This document shows positions 17,633-26,618 of a stretch of 64,000 bases of DNA, one piece after another. Both the position numbers and the translations under genes were made by a program. The notes beneath the pieces were generated by a model. The model did not search any database, was not told where the DNA came from, and was given only the letters and a program-made list of their open reading frames with translations. Position 1 is the first letter of the stretch. Every line of letters starts with the position of its first letter. This stretch comes from Candidatus Ozemobacter sibiricus (GTDB lineage: Bacteria > Muiribacteriota > Ozemobacteria > Ozemobacterales > Ozemobacteraceae): the NCBI GenBank assembly GCA_003327425.1, contig QOQW01000002.1:223972-287971 (forward strand), given 5' to 3'.

Positions 17633-18490
17633 TCAGCGTGCAGGCGCCGGTTGCGCGGGGTGGCGGCGCCTGCTCGGACGGCGGCGGGCGAGCATCTGGC
17701 ATTCGGCGGGGGTGAGGAAGCGCCAGGCGCCCTTGGGGAGATCGCCGAGCGGCAGGGCGCCGATGGCGACGCGGATCAGCCGCAGCACCGCGATGCCGAG
17801 CGCCTCGAACAGCCGGCGGAGATGACGGTTCTTCCCTTCGTCGAGCACGATCTCGAGCCAGCAGTGCTTGCCACCGGAGCGCAGCACGGAAACTCGCTTG
17901 ACGGCGAGCCATTCGGGAGAGGTCTGGCCAGACGCCCGGCGAGTCGCCGCGGTCGAGATCTCCGCTTCGCGGTCAGAAGGGCGGGAAACGGGCACGCCGG
18001 CGCGCAGGCGGGCCAGAAGGGCGTCATCGGCCAGGCGATCGATCTGGACATGGTAGGTCTTGTCGACATGCGAGGCGGGATCGAGCAACCGGGCCGCCCA
18101 GCCGGTGTCGTTGGTGAAGAGCAGCAGGCCTTCGCTGGCGCGATCGAGACGGCCGACGGGAGCGACCCAGGGCAGGTCAGGGTCGTCGAGGCAGTCGTAG
18201 ACGGTGGCGCGGCCCTTCTCATCGGCCCGGGTGGTGACCAGACCGCGCGGCTTGTTCAGCATCAGGTAGACGAACCGAGGCCGCTGCACCGGCGCCCCGT
18301 CGACAGCGATCCGGTCGCGGGCCAGATCGAGGCGGCGGCGAGGATCGCGCTCGCGCTGGCCATTCACGGTGACGGTGCGGGTGGCGATCACCGCTTCGGC
18401 CTGCCGGCGCGAGCAGAATCCGAGCTTGGACAGGGCGCGGGCGAGGCTGATCCGGGGCTGCTGCTCGACCTCCCGAGCCGGCGGACGCAT
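17633..18490 (-). CDS. rRNA pseudouridine synthase, RsuA/RluB family
   Basis: S4 domain 'LARALSKLGFCSRRQAE', 'LMLNKPRG', catalytic 'GRLDRASEGLLLFTND' and 'EGKNRHLRR'. The start is uncertain (18490 or 18682). Confidence 0.92.
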   Translation of the reverse strand: MRPPAREVEQQPRISLARALSKLGFCSRRQAEAVIATRTVTVNGQRERDPRRRLDLARDRIAVDGAPVQRPRFVYLMLNKPRGLVTTRADEKGRATVYDCLDDPDLPWVAPVGRLDRASEGLLLFTNDTGWAARLLDPASHVDKTYHVQIDRLADDALLARLRAGVPVSRPSDREAEISTAATRRASGQTSPEWLAVKRVSVLRSGGKHCWLEIVLDEGKNRHLRRLFEALGIAVLRLIRVAIGALPLGDLPKGAWRFLTPAECQMLARRRPSRRRHPAQPAPAR

Positions 18491-18974
18491 CGGCTCTGCC
18501 GAGGACCGACCACCCGCCGAACGACGGCGGGGGGAAGGCCGGTCAGTTGCGGCGTCAGACGGCAGGCCAGGCCGCGGCGGCAGAGGCGGCCCCGGTGGCG
18601 AACGCCCCGGGGAAGCCGTTCGCGGCCGCGGGCGGCGGGTGGTCCACTCGTCTCGGTGGCGGGGGAAAGGCCGGGCTTTCATGCGGTTCCTCAGGCGGCA
18701 GAAAAGGCAGAGTACGCCGCCGCATGAGAGGAAGATACCCCAAGCCCCCTGTCCAGGCAAATTGGAGCAATTCCCGAACAGGGCCGTCGCCCATGCTGGA
18801 AGGGTGCCCAACGCGAGCCAAGGACCGCTTTCCCTGAAGTCACCGCCAGGGGCCGGCGGGTCGGCGACGGCGAATGACTGATCAGGAAGGGCTGGCCGTG
18901 TGAGACGGCAGGTAGCCTTGCCGACAGAGACATGATAGAAAAGATGAGCCATATCCTCACCCCAGGGGGTTCCC

Positions 18975-19856
18975 ATGCCACGCCTCCATTCCACGGTCAC
19001 CCTCCTCCTCGCCTTCCTGTTCCTGCTCATTCCCGCTGTCCAGGCCTTCCAGAATGTCTGTCCAACATGTCGCACCCTGGCCGACCCCGAGGATGTCGTC
19101 TGCCGCAAATGCTTGTGGCAACTGAACCAATGCCTGGTCTGCGGCACCACCAACCCGGTCAGCGCGAACTTCTGCGCGCAGTGCGACAACGCCCTCGCCC
19201 CCAGCCGGGTGCTGGCCACCATCGATCCGGAGGTCAGGGCGAAGCTGAAACTCGGCGCTTCGCCGCGCGCCCTGCTCGAACGCGACCTCTCCCGGTTGCA
19301 GCATCTGCTCGAGGTGGGCAAGGGCAACCCCGAAGAGATCCTGTTCCAGATCGGCCTGACGCTGAAGAAGATGGAATTCGCCGCCCGGGAGGCCGCGATC
19401 TGGGCGGATTTCCTGGCACGGTTCCCCGCGTCCCCGAAAGCAGAGGAGGCCGCCAGGCTGCGCGCCGACGCCCTGTTCCGGTGGGGCGCCCTGTTCTACC
19501 AGCAAGGCGATCTGGAAGCGGCCGAGGAGCGCTTCCGCCAGGCCACCGAGGCCGAACCGCGGAACGACACCGCCTGGACCTGGCTGGGGCGGGTGCGGCT
19601 CAAGCTGGCCGATGGACCGGGGGCCAGGGCGGCCTTGCAGCAGGCGTTGACGATCAATCCGGCGAATCGCTCGGCCCGCCACCTGATGGGGGTCAAGCCC
19701 GCGGCCCATCGCCCACCACCGCCGGCGGCCCCCGAGCCCGAACCGGCCCCCGCGCCAGCCCCGGTGCCAACGGCCCCCGAATCGGCCCCCGCGCCAGCCC
19801 CGGTGCCAGCGCCCGCCTCGCCCCCGCCCGCCTCGCCCCCGCCCGCCCAGCCCTGA
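18975..19856 (+). CDS. Exported double-zinc-ribbon + TPR protein with a Pro/Ala tail
   Basis: Signal peptide ending 'AVQA', four CxxC pairs (CPTC, CRKC, CLVC, CAQC), TPR-like helices ('GALFYQQGDLEAAEERFRQA...P.N..AW..LG') and a PAPA tail. Confidence 0.85.
   Translation: MPRLHSTVTLLLAFLFLLIPAVQAFQNVCPTCRTLADPEDVVCRKCLWQLNQCLVCGTTNPVSANFCAQCDNALAPSRVLATIDPEVRAKLKLGASPRALLERDLSRLQHLLEVGKGNPEEILFQIGLTLKKMEFAAREAAIWADFLARFPASPKAEEAARLRADALFRWGALFYQQGDLEAAEERFRQATEAEPRNDTAWTWLGRVRLKLADGPGARAALQQALTINPANRSARHLMGVKPAAHRPPPPAAPEPEPAPAPAPVPTAPESAPAPAPVPAPASPPPASPPPAQP
19737..19847 (+). repeat. In-frame tandem repeats encoding the Pro/Ala tail
   Basis: A 33-nt block at 19737-19769 and 19776-19808 (39-nt period, one mismatch), then GCCCGCCTCGCCCCC twice at 19811-19840 plus a partial third copy. 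Confidence 0.85.
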
Positions 19857-19883
19857 ACGCCAGCTCGCCGCCTGGAGGTCTGC

Positions 19884-20306
19884 GTGAACGACAAGATCAA
19901 CGCCATCCGCGAGGTCCTGCGCGTGATTCCTGAACTGAAGACCCGCTTCGGGGTCAAGCGCAATCCGCAGGAGAACGACCCGCTGCTGTTCGTGGGCGTC
20001 ACCGACTCGGCGGCGATCAAGGAGATCGCCCCCCTGGTCGAGACCTTCTTCGGCAAGCCCTATAAACCCCCTGGCGAAACGGCGTTCCTGATGAACCTGT
20101 TCGACCACTTCGTCAAAGAGGTGGGCGGAGTGCGCCGGGAGCAGACCCTGTTCCGCAAAGAGATCAGCAAGGGGCTGAACCTGTTCTGCGCGTTCTGGCC
20201 GTGGGCTTCCGACCCGACCAAGACCTCGGTGCGCATCGGCCTGCTGTGCGCCGAAGAGGATGAGGAAAAAGCCCTGACCCCCTCGGTCAAAGACGCGTTT
20301 CGCTAG
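19884..20306 (+). CDS. Hypothetical protein (140 aa)
   Basis: SD GGAGGT before GTG 19884, typical codon bias and a globular-looking sequence ('GGVRREQTLF...AFWPW...SVRIG'). Likely co-transcribed with the TPR gene. Confidence 0.8.
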   Translation: MNDKINAIREVLRVIPELKTRFGVKRNPQENDPLLFVGVTDSAAIKEIAPLVETFFGKPYKPPGETAFLMNLFDHFVKEVGGVRREQTLFRKEISKGLNLFCAFWPWASDPTKTSVRIGLLCAEEDEEKALTPSVKDAFR

Positions 20307-20369
20307 ACCGCGCCCGCCAGAGCCGGGACCGGCGACGCCGCACCGGCGACACGGAACAGGCGTCGGTGA

Positions 20370-20561
20370 TCAGGCGTCGATGCGGATGCCGATGGCCTGC
20401 AGTTCGGCTGCCAAAGTCTCGGCCAGACGTTCGACGATGCGTCGGCGCTGATCGGGGGTGGTATGGTTCAGGCGGTAGTAATCCTGCGTCGAACCAACCC
20501 GCTCAAGACCATCGAGCAGCCGATGGATGTCGATGGCCTCGGAGATGTCGGTACGGGTCAT
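20370..20561 (-). CDS. Small hypothetical protein (63 aa)
   Basis: MTRTDISEAIDIHRLLDGLERVGSTQDYYRLNHTTPDQRRRIVERLAETLAAELQAIGIRIDA has protein-like composition and GC3 bias. No clear SD. Confidence 0.45.
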   Translation of the reverse strand: MTRTDISEAIDIHRLLDGLERVGSTQDYYRLNHTTPDQRRRIVERLAETLAAELQAIGIRIDA

Positions 20562-21118
20562 CTGGCAGCAGGGCAGAGCTTCATGGAGGATGCGGGTGAT
20601 ATAGCACCACGGTCGGCCAGCCCGCAAGGGGGTCTTCCTGCGACGGTCGTCCGGTGCCCCCTGAACTGATAAGGGTCGGCAGGCCACGCCAGAAAAAAGA
20701 TGTCGACCAGCAGCCACGGCAGAAAGAATTTGCGAAACCACGCTCTGTCTTGTTCTGCAGGCCCTTCGCCCCGGTCGCCGTCCCTGGCGGTACCGACCTG
20801 AACGCGGAGACGCCCCGCAGAACCTGGCATCAAGCCCATCTCTTCGGCTTCGCACCAGCCCCCCCGCGCGCCATTCCTCACGGGAAGACCCAGCCGGCGG
20901 GGAAAGGCGGCAGGTGGGACGCTTTTCCCAAGGAACCACCAGGAGCCACAGGCCCCTGGTCCAGAGCCGCGGCCTGCCGAGCGCGGCCCGTGGGCTGGGG
21001 GGGCGACCGTGGCGCCAGCGCCCCGGCCAGCGCATTTCGGCTGATGACGAGGGGTTCGACGAGCGTTGGCCCAGGGCCGCCCTGAACGCGACGACGGCTC
21101 GTGGTAGGATGGCAGAGC

Positions 21119-24034
21119 ATGAGTCAACGGGCGAACCTGCTCTTCGACGAACGGACTCTGGCCCAGAGCCTGGCCCTGATGGGACGCGGGCTGCTGGCCC
21201 TCTGGGTGTTCGCGGTGTTCCCGGTGGCAGTGCTGCAGGTCGCCATCCGGCAGATCGATCACCTGGAGGTCGAGTCGCGCATCCGGCAAGATCAAGTGCG
21301 GCAGGAGCGGCGACTGAACCGGCTGGTGCGCATCGGGGACGACGTGCGACTGCTCACCCATTTCCTGCAGTCCTTCCTGCCCCGCCTGGCCACCCTGAAG
21401 GGGCCTGAACAGCGCGCCTGGCTGCGGCGACTGGACCGGCTGTTCCCCCAGGCGGCCGATCTCTATTGGTTCGATGGAGCAGGTCGGCTCCTGCCTGACC
21501 TGTCATCACGGCGGCATCCGCGGCGAGCCACCGAGATGGCCTTCGCCGCCCTACGCAAGTTCGAAACCGGCCCCCTTACCCACAATGAAGAAGGCCTGCT
21601 GATGAGCTTCCTGCGCATCGCCTCGGTCAACGGCCTGGAGGGGTCGCGCCACCGGGCTTTCCAGCTGCTGCGGCGGGACACCGACAGCCATCTGGTGTGG
21701 TCGGTCCTGGCCGCGGGCGAGGCGGCTGAGGCCAGGCGGCGACCGGAGGCGCCCGCCGGGTTCATGGCCCTGCTGCATGCCGGCCGACTGCGGCAGAACC
21801 GCGCGCTGGGGGCGGGTCTGCGGCTGTTCCGGCAGCGCTATCCGCGCGACCGCTTCGGCCTGGCCAGGCTGGCCGGCGGGCAGGTGCGCCTGTGGCCGCG
21901 CCATCTGGAAGCCGAGGCGCCGTTGCGTCGCGCCCTGCTGGCGGCTCTGGCTCGCTATGACAAGTATTTCGAGACCGATGACGCGCACGTGACCCTGGTG
22001 CAGCGGGCTCCCAACGAGTATCTGCTGGGCATCGCCCCCCGCCCCCGCTTCCTGCGCCCCCTCACCTGGACCTGGATCAACCTGGCCAGCCTGGGTTGGG
22101 GCCTCTTGGTCCTCGGGCGCCTCATGCAAGGGCGGGGTCTGCTGTGGGGCTCAATTTCCCGCAAGCTCCTGGGGCTGTTCTTCTTCGCCGTGGGCACGCC
22201 GGCCCTGGTCCTGCTGGTGGTCGGGTTCTACGCCCTGCGCGACCACGGCAACGTGCTGCGCCAGAACCTCGAAACCAGATTGCGCGAGAAGCTGGCGCAG
22301 TATGATCAACGCCTGCCCGCCGAACTGACCCGCCTGGAGAGCTGGGTGGGCCGGATCATTCGCGAAGCCCGCCGCGCGCGGTCCCTCGCCGAGCGGAATG
22401 CCATTCTCGATCGCTTCCGTCAGGAGAAGACCATCGACCAGGTGTTCGTGGTCGACAAGACCGGTTCGGCGTCGTTCGCCCTCGACAAACCGCCCGACGA
22501 ACCGCTGGCCCGCAAGCGGACCCAGTTCTCGCTCATCCTGTGCCGCGAGATGCTGCGCCGGCTGAACAAAGCGGTGGTCTTCGACAGCGGGAGCCTGGTG
22601 GCGGAAGCGACCGAACGCATGTTCGACACGTTGGTCGGCGGCCAGAAGACCGATTTCAACCGGCTCACCCACGAACTGGGCCGCTTCACCCTGCTGACCT
22701 TCCTCGATGAGGCCGCCTACATCTATCTCGACGCCTTCTTCGACAGCAAAGGCCAGGCCGACAGTCTGCTGCTGGCCCACATGCCGCGCGAGCGCCTGGA
22801 ACGCACGTTCCTCGACAAGACCCTCCGCGACCTGGTCCGCCAGCCCGACATCGTCTGGCGGGTCAATGCCCTGGGCGATGTGCCTCGGCTCGGCGCCGTC
22901 ATCATGGACGAGACGGACCGGCCCGTCTACGATCGGATCTCTCGAGAGGTCAGGGCCTCCCGCAGCGTGGTCCGCCAGGTGACCACCTCGGGCGCCGAAG
23001 AAATCCTGTGGGTGGGATTGCGCGGGCAGAACCTCACCCGATTCGTCCTGGTGGCGCGCACCTCGCTGCGACCGGTCGAGGAATACCTGGGCACCCTGTG
23101 GGGCTGGCTGGTGCTGGTGGCGTTGCTGGTGTTCGTCTCGACGGCGGTCATCGGGGTGCTGCTGCTCGAGAACATCCTGGTGCCGGTGGCATCGCTGGAG
23201 GCCGGCATCAGTTCGATCCGGGGCCGGCGGTTCGACCATCGCATCCCCATCCACGCCGACGACGAGCTGGGGCATGTTTCCCAACTGATGAACACGATGA
23301 TCGAGGGCATGAACGATCTGCAGGTGGCCAAGGTCGTGCAGGAAAGCCTGTTCCCGGCGGGAGCGCTCACCGTCGGGCCGTATCGCATCCATGGGCACAG
23401 CCGATCGATGGCCGACATCGGCGGCGATTACTACGATTACTTCCAGACGCCAGACGGCCAGCTCCTGGGCCTGATGGGCGATGTGTCCGGCCACGGCGTT
23501 TCGGCGGCCTTGATCATGGGCATGGCCAAGTGCGCGCTGACCCTCGACGACACGCCCGGGCGCTCCATTCCGGAGTTTCTGGCGACCTTCAACCGGTTCC
23601 TGCTCAAGACGATCAAGCGCCGGAAGATGATGACCATGTTCTGCTTCCAGGTCGATCCGCGCACCCATCGCCTGACCTTCGCCAACGCCGGGCACAATTT
23701 CCCTTTCCTGCGCCCCGGCACGGGCGGACCGGTGAGCGAACTGGCGCAGGAGGCGATGCCGCTCGGCGTCCGCGCCCACACCCGCTACGCCACCCGCGAG
23801 ATCGACCTCGCCCCGGGCGACACCCTGCTGCTCTACACGGACGGCCTCGTCGAGGCCGTCTGCCGAAATGGGGAACAGGTCGGCTACGAACGGGCCAAGG
23901 AATGGTATGCCCGGGTGGCCCACCTGCCGCCCGAGCAGGTGGTCGAGCGGTTGTTCGCCATCTTCGATGAAGAGACGACCAGCGACCAGCCGGGCGACGA
24001 CGTCTCCCTGATCTGCCTGAAGCGGATGGCCTGA
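21119..24034 (+). CDS. Large membrane sensor with HAMP + PP2C/SpoIIE phosphatase
   Basis: About four TM segments, two large extracytoplasmic regions, HAMP ('IPIHADDELGHVSQLMNTM'), 'GGDYYD', 'GDVSGHG', 'YTDGL' and 'DDVSL'. Confidence 0.92.
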   Translation: MSQRANLLFDERTLAQSLALMGRGLLALWVFAVFPVAVLQVAIRQIDHLEVESRIRQDQVRQERRLNRLVRIGDDVRLLTHFLQSFLPRLATLKGPEQRAWLRRLDRLFPQAADLYWFDGAGRLLPDLSSRRHPRRATEMAFAALRKFETGPLTHNEEGLLMSFLRIASVNGLEGSRHRAFQLLRRDTDSHLVWSVLAAGEAAEARRRPEAPAGFMALLHAGRLRQNRALGAGLRLFRQRYPRDRFGLARLAGGQVRLWPRHLEAEAPLRRALLAALARYDKYFETDDAHVTLVQRAPNEYLLGIAPRPRFLRPLTWTWINLASLGWGLLVLGRLMQGRGLLWGSISRKLLGLFFFAVGTPALVLLVVGFYALRDHGNVLRQNLETRLREKLAQYDQRLPAELTRLESWVGRIIREARRARSLAERNAILDRFRQEKTIDQVFVVDKTGSASFALDKPPDEPLARKRTQFSLILCREMLRRLNKAVVFDSGSLVAEATERMFDTLVGGQKTDFNRLTHELGRFTLLTFLDEAAYIYLDAFFDSKGQADSLLLAHMPRERLERTFLDKTLRDLVRQPDIVWRVNALGDVPRLGAVIMDETDRPVYDRISREVRASRSVVRQVTTSGAEEILWVGLRGQNLTRFVLVARTSLRPVEEYLGTLWGWLVLVALLVFVSTAVIGVLLLENILVPVASLEAGISSIRGRRFDHRIPIHADDELGHVSQLMNTMIEGMNDLQVAKVVQESLFPAGALTVGPYRIHGHSRSMADIGGDYYDYFQTPDGQLLGLMGDVSGHGVSAALIMGMAKCALTLDDTPGRSIPEFLATFNRFLLKTIKRRKMMTMFCFQVDPRTHRLTFANAGHNFPFLRPGTGGPVSELAQEAMPLGVRAHTRYATREIDLAPGDTLLLYTDGLVEAVCRNGEQVGYERAKEWYARVAHLPPEQVVERLFAIFDEETTSDQPGDDVSLICLKRMA

Positions 24035-24164
24035 CCGGGCGCCTGACCGGCCGCTCGGACGGCCCGCCGCCCATCAGGGCCGCCGCCCCGTTTCCCGCGC
24101 AGGCGTTGACCCGCCCGCCGGTTTGCGATACCGTGCAGGGGAGAGGAATCGTTGGTCTGGAGCC

Positions 24165-26510
24165 ATGTCTTCCCACCTGCACATCATCCAGGAAATCCTG
24201 ACCCATCGCCTGTCGCCCCAGGACGTCGAGCGGATCCTGTCCCATCTGGCCGAGAGCGAGCCCGACCGCTATGCCGCGGCGGTGGCCGACGTGCTCGGCC
24301 ACGTGGCCTCGCTGCTCGAGATCTCCAACCGCCTGCTCGACAATCTGCTGCTGATGATGATCCGCATCAGCACGCAACTGGTCGATGCCGAGCGCGGTAC
24401 CTTGTTCCTGATCGACACCGAGAACAAAGAGCTGTTCTCGCGGGTGATGGAGGGCGAGACCACGGCCGAGATCCGCTTCCCGCTCGACCAGGGCATCGCG
24501 GGCGCGGTGGTGGCGTCGGGCGAGCCGATCGTGCTGGCCGACCCCTACCGCGATCCGCGATTCAACCAGGCGATCGACCGGCAGACCGGCTTCCAGACGC
24601 GCAACATCCTGGCCCTGCCCATCCGCAACGAACAGACCGGGCGCGTGATCGGCGTGCTGGAGGTGCTGAACAAGCGGCGCGGCGCCTTCACCCCCGCCGA
24701 TGTGGCCGCCTTGCAGACCATCACCGCGCAGGCGGCCACCGCCCTGCTGAATGCGCAGAATTTCGAGCAGGTGCAGCAGGCCCGCGAGAACGAGTGCCGG
24801 CTGCTCGAAGTGACGGCGGCCATCTCCAGCGAACTGAAGCTGAAGCCGCTGCTCGAGAAGATCATGGAATCGGTCAGCCTGATCCTGAACTGCGATCGCA
24901 GCACGCTCTTCCTGTACGACGAGAAGCGCAACGAGCTGTGGTCGCAGGTAGCCCTGGGGCTGGGCGGCCAGGAGATCCGCTTCCCCGCCAACCGCGGCAT
25001 CGCCGGCGAATCCTTCACCACCGGCCAGACGATCAACATTCCCGATGCCTACGCCGATCCGCGCTTCAACCCCGAAATCGACAAGAAGACGGGCTACCGC
25101 ACGCGCAACATCCTGTGCATGCCGGTGGTCAACCGGCACGGCAAGGCGATCGGCGTCACCCAGGTGCTGAACAAGCGGGACGGCGCGTTCACGCGGCTCG
25201 ACGAAAAGAAGCTGCGCACCTTCTCGGGCCAGGCGGCGATCGCCATCGAGAACGCCAAGCTGTTCGACGAAGTGCTCAGCATGAAGAACTACAATGAAAG
25301 CATCCTGCAGAGCCTGAGCAACGGCGTGATCAGCGTCAACGCCCTGCGCCGGATCGAGAAGGCCAATCTGGCCGCGCTGCGCACCTTCGGCTACGAGGCC
25401 GACCAGATGGTCGGGAAGTATGCCGACCTCTTCTTCGCCGGCGACAACCACTGGATCGTCGACAGCCTGCGCCGGGTGATCGCCACCAACGAGCCCGACA
25501 TGTTCTACGAGGCCGAGATCGTCAACCGCAAGAACGAGCGGGTGGCCATCAATCTGGCGATCGCCCCCCTGCGGGATGCCCAGAACCAGCCGGTCGGCGG
25601 GCTGCTGGTCTTCGAGGATCTGACCAAGGAGAAGCGCCTGAAGGGCACGCTGGCCCGCTACATGACCAAGGAAGTGGCCGACCAGCTCATGAACAGCGAG
25701 GCCGAGCTGGGCGGGCAGATGAAGGAGCTGACCGTTCTGTTCTCCGACATCCGCGATTTCACCACCATCTCGGAGAAGCTGGGCCCGCAGGAGACGGTGG
25801 CCATGCTCAACGAGTACTTCACGTTGATGGTCGACATCGTCTTCCACCACGGAGGGATCCTCGACAAATTCATCGGCGACGCGATGCTGGCCGTCTTCGG
25901 CGCCCCCTTCAGCTCCGGCGAGGACGCCGACCGCGCCGTCACCACGGCCATCGAGATGATGCGGGCGCTGCGCCGGTTCAACGCCGACCGTCAGGCCCGC
26001 GGCCTGGAGCCGATCGCCATCGGCGCCGGCATCAACACCGACGTGGTGCTGGTCGGCAACATCGGTTCGCTCAAACGCATGGATTACACGGTCATCGGCG
26101 ACGGGGTCAATCTCGCCTCCCGGCTGGAAGGCGCCAACAAATTCTACGGCACGCACATCCTGATCAGCGAGAAGACCTATCGGTCGCTGAAGTTCCGCTA
26201 TCACACGCGGGAAGTGGATCTGCTGCGGGTCAAGGGCAAGAAAGAGCCGGCGAAGATCTACGAAGTGCTCGACCACTACGATCGCGAGTCGTTCCCCGAA
26301 CTCGAGGAGGTCCTGCGCCTCCATGCCGAGGCCCTCGACCTCTACCGGCGGCGCGAATGGGCCAAGGCCGAGGCCCGGTTCCGCGAAGTGGCCAGACTGC
26401 GCCCCGACGACGGCCTGGCCAGGGTCTACCTGGATCGCTGCGCCCAGTTCAAGATCGAACCGCCTCCCATCGGCTGGGACGGCGTCTGGACGGCGACCAG
26501 CAAATCCTGA
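24165..26510 (+). CDS. GAF-GAF-PAS class III adenylate cyclase with a C-terminal TPR-like helix pair (CyaB1-like architecture)
   Basis: Two GAF domains ('DPRFN..ID..TG..TRNIL..P'), 'LFSDIRDFT', 'DKFIGDA' and 'YTVIGDGVNLASRLEG'. SD GGAG before ATG 24165. Confidence 0.95.
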   Translation: MSSHLHIIQEILTHRLSPQDVERILSHLAESEPDRYAAAVADVLGHVASLLEISNRLLDNLLLMMIRISTQLVDAERGTLFLIDTENKELFSRVMEGETTAEIRFPLDQGIAGAVVASGEPIVLADPYRDPRFNQAIDRQTGFQTRNILALPIRNEQTGRVIGVLEVLNKRRGAFTPADVAALQTITAQAATALLNAQNFEQVQQARENECRLLEVTAAISSELKLKPLLEKIMESVSLILNCDRSTLFLYDEKRNELWSQVALGLGGQEIRFPANRGIAGESFTTGQTINIPDAYADPRFNPEIDKKTGYRTRNILCMPVVNRHGKAIGVTQVLNKRDGAFTRLDEKKLRTFSGQAAIAIENAKLFDEVLSMKNYNESILQSLSNGVISVNALRRIEKANLAALRTFGYEADQMVGKYADLFFAGDNHWIVDSLRRVIATNEPDMFYEAEIVNRKNERVAINLAIAPLRDAQNQPVGGLLVFEDLTKEKRLKGTLARYMTKEVADQLMNSEAELGGQMKELTVLFSDIRDFTTISEKLGPQETVAMLNEYFTLMVDIVFHHGGILDKFIGDAMLAVFGAPFSSGEDADRAVTTAIEMMRALRRFNADRQARGLEPIAIGAGINTDVVLVGNIGSLKRMDYTVIGDGVNLASRLEGANKFYGTHILISEKTYRSLKFRYHTREVDLLRVKGKKEPAKIYEVLDHYDRESFPELEEVLRLHAEALDLYRRREWAKAEARFREVARLRPDDGLARVYLDRCAQFKIEPPPIGWDGVWTATSKS

Positions 26511-26618
26511 ACGGGGGAAGCGACCGCGAGCGGAGGGAGCGGCCGCTGCCCTGAGCCGGGCAGGCCGAAGCGCCTCCCGCAGGCGCGCCGCTGCCAACGC
26601 CCCCGCCGACGATCGCCG

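Noticed and set aside
17913-19327. Long N-terminal extensions of track ORFs (for example 17633-19327, 33790-35442, 26619-29075, 42178-43770, 16986-17912)
   Set aside because: The extensions overlap real neighbouring genes or promoters. Internal starts with an SD or family-typical N-termini fit better.
20580-20673. SAM-I-like fragments on the minus strand (CTTATCAG ... GGTGCTATATC)
   Set aside because: There is no GCAACC core or closing P1 strand, and the downstream gene is not methionine-related.
20558-21361. Track ORFs 20558-21361 (-), 20654-21085 (+) and the long N-terminal part of 20370-21035 (-)
   Set aside because: They have Arg/Pro/Gly-rich non-coding-like translations, no SD, and overlap one another.
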